A stretch of 13,076 nucleotides of DNA from Candidatus Methylomirabilota bacterium (GTDB taxonomy: Bacteria; Methylomirabilota; Methylomirabilia; Rokubacteriales; CSP1-6): assembly GCA_046726415.1 (NCBI GenBank), contig JBKPAK010000298.1, forward strand, positions 1 through 13,076. Reading direction: 5' to 3'. Made by a program: the position numbers and the translations under genes. The notes beneath the pieces were generated by a model. The model made no database searches and was not told where the DNA came from. It was given only the letters and a program-made list of their open reading frames with translations. Positions 7,986-13,076 of the stretch are shown piece after piece; within the stretch, counting starts at the first letter, position 1; every line of letters starts with the position of its first letter.

Positions 7986-9036
7986 ATGAGTAGCGTGAGC
8001 AATCCTCCCCAAGAGCAGCCTCTAGCCTTCGAACGCAGGCTCCTCGCCATCATGAGCGGGGACGTCGCCGGTTATAGCCGCCTGATGAGCGATGACGACG
8101 TCGCGACTGAAGACCTTGACGGTCTACCGTGACGCAATCATCGCCATGATCGAACGTTACCGCGGCAGGCTCGTGGACTTCACGGGGGACAACCTGCTGG
8201 CGACGTTCGCCAGCACGGTGGACGCCGTCGAGTGCGCCTCGGTCTTGCAGGCAGACCTGGCGAAGCGCAATGCGGAGCTGGCCGACAGCCGGCGCATGGC
8301 GTTCCGATTCGGTGTGAACCTGGGCGAGGTCGTCCTCGACGGCGAGCGCATCTATGGTGATGGAGTGAACGTGGCGGCCCGTCTCCAGGGTCTCGCGCAG
8401 CCCGGCGGCGTCTGCATTTCCGCAGCGGTGCACGAGCAGGTCGAGAACAAACTGGCGATGGGTTTCGACTGCGCCGGAGAACATACGGTCAAGAACATCG
8501 AGAAGCCTGTGGTTGTCTACTGCGTGCGTATCGCAACACTCGCTGACGTCGACACCGACACCTCCGCCGACGCCCCGGGGCCGGCTCCGGGCGCCTCGAC
8601 GCCGTCGCTGCCATCGCCACCGCGTTGCTCAATCGCCGTTCTGCCCTTTGAGGACCTGACTGCCGACTCCGCTTCCGGCCCATTCGTATCAGGGCTCACC
8701 GAAGACCTGGCGACCGACCTCGCGAAACTTGCTGACGTCACGATCGTCGCACTCCCGGAGCAGGTGAGTGGTAGCAGCGCGGACGCCATCGCTGCCCAGA
8801 AGGCGCGACAGCAGCTCGCCGCGAGCTACCTCCTCGAGGGCAGCGTGCGCAAAGTCGAGGACATGGTGCGAATCACGGCCCAGCTCGTCGAGGTCACCAC
8901 GGGCCACCACGTCTGGGGCGAGCGCTACGATCGGCTGCTCGGCGACATCTTCGCCGTGCAGGACGAGGTTGTGAAGAGCATCATCGTCGGCGTCCAGGCG
9001 GCGCTGGCGCTCGGTGACGACGCGGCCGCGCGATGA
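7986..9036 (+). pseudogene. Class III adenylate/guanylate cyclase domain plus TolB-like domain; frameshift near 8108
   Basis: ERRLLAIMSGDVAGYSRLM...VAT, a frameshift, then LKTL...GRLVDFTGDN...FRFGVNLGEV...IYGDGVNVAARLQ...VKNIEKPV. This is followed by SIAVLPF...YLLEGSVRK...VRITAQLV...WGERYDR...DIFAVQDEV. No TPR tail is present. The start may be ATG 7986 or GTG 7995. Confidence 0.9.
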
Positions 9037-9435
9037 CACCGATACTGCGCGCTCCCTGAGTCTCGCGCGCTTCGCGCGGGCCCATCCTCGACGATCCGTA
9101 GCTGGCGCGTCGCGTTAAGAATGCCCGTTATTTGCGGCTCTCCCGGCGACTGCCGCCATCGCCCGCAGGTCTGAGGTCGTGTGGCGCTCGCCACCGTGTT
9201 TCCCAGCCAGGACTCCTTACACTGATCAGGCCATCAGTTTTGGTGGTTGCCGCCCGTCTTTCGGCTGCGAGATCACCAGGGGTGCCCACCACGAGAATGC
9301 TTCCTGAACCGCTGGAACCCTCGAGGCGCCATCGCGACCCTTCCCGCTGGAATACACCCAACGACACTGGTGAAGTCAGAAGCTCGCTGGAAAATGAAAT
9401 GCGCGAGTTGGCCGAGACGCGCAGACACTGCGACT

Positions 9436-9921
9436 CTAGGAGCGGCGAGGTCTGGTGCCGATGAGCACCGGCTGGAAGAATCGGCCATCGACCCGCTCGA
9501 CATCAGTAAACCCAACCTCGCGCATAAGTTCGGCGACCCGAGCAGGCGCAATCGCCAGATAGCTGGTCGTCAGGACCATCGTTCGTCCGTCGGGATCGTT
9601 TACCGGCACGATTTCAAAAGCCAGTTCATACCGAGCCCCGCGCCATGTCCACACCTGACGAAGGCTGTATCGGCGCCCGTTCCACAACCGTTCACAGTAT
9701 GGGTGTGTTTCAACGGTCCCAGGCGGTGGTGGCACACCATAATCGCGCATGGTGATAATGTAACCACCTGCTGGCCGTGCGCAGCGGAAGCACTCCTCGA
9801 GTGCTGTCCGGATCTGCCCCTCGCCTTCGAGATGGGAAGCGAGTTGTCGGCGATCAGCACGACATCGACACTTTGTGAGCGTGCCGCGAGAGCTCGGAAG
9901 TCAGCGACGAGGCAGCGCAAC
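9436..9921 (-). pseudogene. 5'-truncated, frameshifted class I SAM-dependent methyltransferase
   Basis: LVADFRAL...VDVVLIADNSLP, a -1 base near 9835, then HLEGEGQIRTALEECFRCARPAGGYIITMRDY...LMREVGFTDVERVDGRFFQPVLIGTR. The SAM-binding motif I is absent and the IS256 fragment sits in its place. Confidence 0.8.
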
Positions 9922-10194
9922 CATTCGCACGACGAACCTGCTCGAGCGGCTCTTTCTCGAGGAGCGTCGCCGCACGAAGATCATTCCGCATGCGTTCGGC
10001 GAGCGCCCGATGCTGAAGCTGATGTACGCCGCCGTCATCCGGGCGGCCCATGGTGGCGCGGGATCCAGGTCGGCGAGTTCGAGCAGCGTCAGCTCCGCGC
10101 CATCCGCGAGGAACTGAACCGTGCACACGCCCAGCGCGTTGCACCCGCCGTCGCCCCCACCAAGCCGGCACTGGTCCACAAGCTGCGGAAATGA
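9922..10194 (+). pseudogene. C-terminal fragment of an IS256-family (mutator-type) transposase, frameshifted
   Basis: IRTTNLLERLFLEERRRTKIIPHAFGERPMLKLMYAAVIRAA, a frameshift near 10052, then WRGIQVGEFEQRQLRAIREEL. TTN.lErl..E.rRR is the IS256 catalytic-Glu motif. Confidence 0.82.
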
Positions 10195-10839
10195 TCCTCG
10201 CCGTCGTGATGACGCATCGCGCGCAGCCTCATACGGCACGTTGACGACCGGGGCCACTATCTTGGTATGCCACTCAGGCGACGTTGCGAGGCGGCGCGAC
10301 GCGCCCCGAACGCGATCCGCTCTCGTGCATCCTCGCCTCGATTATCCAGCGCCGATCGTACTTGACCACGACACTAGGAGTCACTCCGGTAGCAATGGGC
10401 CGCCGTCACCCGGCAAAGCGCCTGGGCGGAGGGAGCCGATGGAGTGTGGTAGAAATGGGGGTCTGCTCTGTGTCTGTTACGCGCCGCTGATAGGGGGCAG
10501 CGATCGCCCCAGTGATAAAGAGCCTGGGCGACGGCCTCTGGATCGGCGACGCCGGCTGGCCAAGCGCGTCGCCTTCGCCCCCGTCCAGGCCGGGGTGACG
10601 GGAGGCATCCCGGCGAGCAGAGCATCAGTCGTCTCGACGCGCCCGACATCTTGACGCTCAATCGGTTGCTAGCGCCCGGCGCCGCCGCGATGTGGCGGCC
10701 CTCCTCGTCGTCGATCTGGCGACAGCCGACGAATCAGAACCGGGCGATCATCGGCATTCGAGTTGCACGAGTCTAAGAGCGCGCTCAGGGCGGCGCGGGA
10801 TCGCTGGATTTCCGTATCACTTCAAAACTCGCGCGAGGT

Positions 10840-12420
10840 TCACCGTGCGCGGTGTCCGATGGGAAGCCACCGCAGGATGTTTGGACTCAGCCGAGACCAC
10901 CGCGCTGCGATGCCGCTACGCAGGCCGGCGAGACGCCGGCGGCCGGGCTCATCCGCCGGCTCGGTCTGACCGAAGCGGTCCTCCTCACTTGTCTCGGGAT
11001 CAAAGGGCAGCTTCTCGGGATCGACCACTCCGAGCACCGCCTGCTGCACGGGGTTCGGCGGACCGTGCCGCTGCAATCGCGCTCCGGGTCGCCGCGTCAG
11101 CGCGTCGAGCCGTGCGATGAGACCGGAGGCCGGTCGGAGCTGCCAGACGGCCGCTGGCCCTGACAGCCCGCCGTGCTCGGCGAGGAGGCTGATGCGCACC
11201 CGCCGAATGGCACAGATCAGGCGCCGCTCATCCAGTGAGCCGGCCCTCGCCTCGCAGGAGGCGTTGAGCTCGCTATCCACCCCCATGCTTCTGTTCGTCA
11301 TGTTTGCCGAGCCGATGGTGAGGAAACGGTCGTCGATCACCATGACCTTGGAGTGGATGTAGGTGGTGCGAAACGTCTCATTGGCCCCGTCACACAGGGA
11401 GTAGTAGCACCCCAGCGCGTGTCCTGTCTCGCGAGCGACTACGGCGAGCGTCTCCAGATTCTTGGCCTGCCGCAGACCGACAGCCAGCTCTTCCTTGAGC
11501 GCTTCGGCCCGCTCGTTCACGACGATCGCGATGTCCAGGGACGGCCGACCCTCCGCGCGCATCCGATGGATGAGAGCCTCGCGAATGACCCGGCTACTGA
11601 AATACTGCGTTTCGATGTAGATCAGGCGTTGGGCCGCCTCGATCCCGTCGAGATACAGGTTCTCGACTTCCCTGACCGTCTGTCCGTCGGGTCGAGGATC
11701 CGTGCGGCTGAATGACACGCGGGTGGGGCCGAATGACACCCCACGACGCACGTCGGTCCCAAGGTGAGGATCACCCCCGGCGCACACGGCAAAGGGCTCG
11801 CCCCCTGCGCGTGTCCACCGGTCCACGAAGAGACGTTGCAAAAGGCCTGCGGCCTCTGTCCCAATCAGACAGGCCTGGACATCGTGATACGGCTTCGTCG
11901 GCCGGCCGCGGCTCAGGCGCGCGGGATTGACCGCCCGATGACGGCGATCATCCCAGCGCGCCTCGCAGACGTCCATACCGCCCAGGAACGACACTCGCCC
12001 GTCGATGACGACGAATTTCTGATGATGAGAGCCCCCGGGGGCAGGGGTCTTGTCGAATCGAAAGTGCAAGCGTGAATTGGTCATCCAATGGAAGATCACG
12101 CGCTGCAGCCACTCTCGCTCGGGAGCGAACGCCAGATGAAAATCCCAGGCGAGAATTCGGATGTGGAGAGATGGACGCTCCTCGCACAGCTCGTTCAGAA
12201 ATCTGAGAAACCGGACCTCGGTCCCGCGAGGCGCGTCCACGCCGCGCAGGAGGGGTACGCCGCTATCGAACTGCCATCCCGACATCAGAATCGAATGACG
12301 GGCTCCGGCGGCCGCCCAGTAGAACGCATTGTAATAGTCCGCCGCGTCGATGACGACGCTGCCGGCTTCCGTCGATGCCTGTTGCCAGGCATTACGCCCG
12401 GGCTGGATAATCCTGGTCAC
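10840..12420 (-). CDS. Phospholipase D superfamily protein with two HKD motifs (about 526 aa)
   Basis: Motifs SHHQKFVVIDGRVSFLGGMD...RWD, PYHDVQ, IYIETQYF and YIHSKVMVIDD...IGSANMTNRSMGVDSE. GTG 12420 (VTRIIQPGRNAW) is preceded by GAGGA, so the 26 upstream codons of the called ORF are probably not translated. Confidence 0.95.
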   Translation of the reverse strand: MTRIIQPGRNAWQQASTEAGSVVIDAADYYNAFYWAAAGARHSILMSGWQFDSGVPLLRGVDAPRGTEVRFLRFLNELCEERPSLHIRILAWDFHLAFAPEREWLQRVIFHWMTNSRLHFRFDKTPAPGGSHHQKFVVIDGRVSFLGGMDVCEARWDDRRHRAVNPARLSRGRPTKPYHDVQACLIGTEAAGLLQRLFVDRWTRAGGEPFAVCAGGDPHLGTDVRRGVSFGPTRVSFSRTDPRPDGQTVREVENLYLDGIEAAQRLIYIETQYFSSRVIREALIHRMRAEGRPSLDIAIVVNERAEALKEELAVGLRQAKNLETLAVVARETGHALGCYYSLCDGANETFRTTYIHSKVMVIDDRFLTIGSANMTNRSMGVDSELNASCEARAGSLDERRLICAIRRVRISLLAEHGGLSGPAAVWQLRPASGLIARLDALTRRPGARLQRHGPPNPVQQAVLGVVDPEKLPFDPETSEEDRFGQTEPADEPGRRRLAGLRSGIAARWSRLSPNILRWLPIGHRAR

Positions 12421-12758
12421 AGGATCCTCTCGCGCACTCCACGGGCGCCTCAGCCGTCGCCACACGCGACCGCATCCCGTGTGATGGCGGCCACACATGA
12501 GCGTGGGCGTCTACGGGGTCACGTCGGTCGCGGGGAGGCGAAGGACAGCGGGCGGGCTCCCATGGCCCGGCGGCGTCCTTGACGTCCGAATCCACTTGCG
12601 TCAATGGAAGATTGTCCGTAATACTCGAATGGCCTTGCGCACAAACTCCAAAAATTCCTTCTGCTCGTCATCCCGCCCAGTCGAGCCAAGCCAACTCAGG
12701 TCATTGCAATAGCTATTGTTGCTGCCCTGCGCTTGGCTCAGTTCATGGCCGCCCAGCA

Positions 12759-13076
12759 CTATCGCTCCGGTCGACTTCCCTCCGAGACCGTCACCGTCTG
12801 CGCCACGACTTTGCCGTCCCGACCCGCATAGCTCACCGTGACCCCTGTCGCCCGCTTTCAGATCGGCCATCGAGCCGGGCTGAGTTCCCTTTCGGACGCT
12901 CGTCTTGTCATCGACGCCAAAGGCCCACTCGCGCTCCTTGTTACGCTCCTTGCGTCACGACGAAGCCATCTCCGGTCGCGCTCTTTACGGTACCAGTGAC
13001 AGTTCCAGTCCCGTCCTTTGGTTTGGCGGTCTCCTGAGACGGCGCCGAAGCTGTGATGCTGACCAGAGTCCGAGAC
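12759..13076 (-). pseudogene. Small OB-fold-like (DUF5666-type) probably exported protein; two frameshifts; 5' end outside the window
   Basis: Rebuilt across frames as TGTVTGTVKSATGDGFVVT / KERNKEREWAFGVDDKTSVRKGTQPGSMADLKAGDR / VTVSYAGRDGKVVAQTVTV..., ending in TAG at 12759-12761. The shifts are near 12953 and in the C4 run at 12842-12845. Confidence 0.7.

Noticed and set aside
9247..10194. 315-aa plus-strand ORF
   Set aside because: Mostly antisense to the methyltransferase remnant; only its last ~47 codons are the IS256 C-terminal frame.
10173..10220. GPQAAEMILAVVMTH resembling a pyridine nucleotide-disulphide oxidoreductase dimerisation segment
   Set aside because: Too short to support without a search.
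1..13076. CRISPR array, tRNA/rRNA or long tandem repeats
   Set aside because: No regularly spaced repeats or recognisable structural RNA seen by eye on either strand.

Overview
GC-rich bacterial accessory region that is mostly a mosaic of decayed and truncated genes. The left end holds a doubly frameshifted IS91-family (HUH/Y2, zinc-binding) rolling-circle transposase on the minus strand. A compact, intact 95-aa hypothetical gene diverges from it, and a candidate terIS-like end lies near 2081-2133. To the right are about ten unrelated gene pieces joined end to end: three methyltransferase fragments, an ABM monooxygenase N-terminus, IS21 and IS256 transposase fragments, a receiver-domain tail, an internally deleted CheB/CheR-histidine kinase-receiver gene and a DUF3047 remnant. 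Three more genes carry only point lesions: a PCD-VOC fusion (amber codon), a class III cyclase (frameshift) and an OB-fold/DUF5666-like gene (two frameshifts). Only two long genes are intact: a secreted type-B carboxylesterase and a two-HKD phospholipase D. The most interesting hypothesis is Helitron-like capture of gene fragments on the ter side of the IS91-like element. Ordinary deletion decay or amplification chimerism cannot be excluded from sequence alone. All family calls are by motif recognition, not database search.
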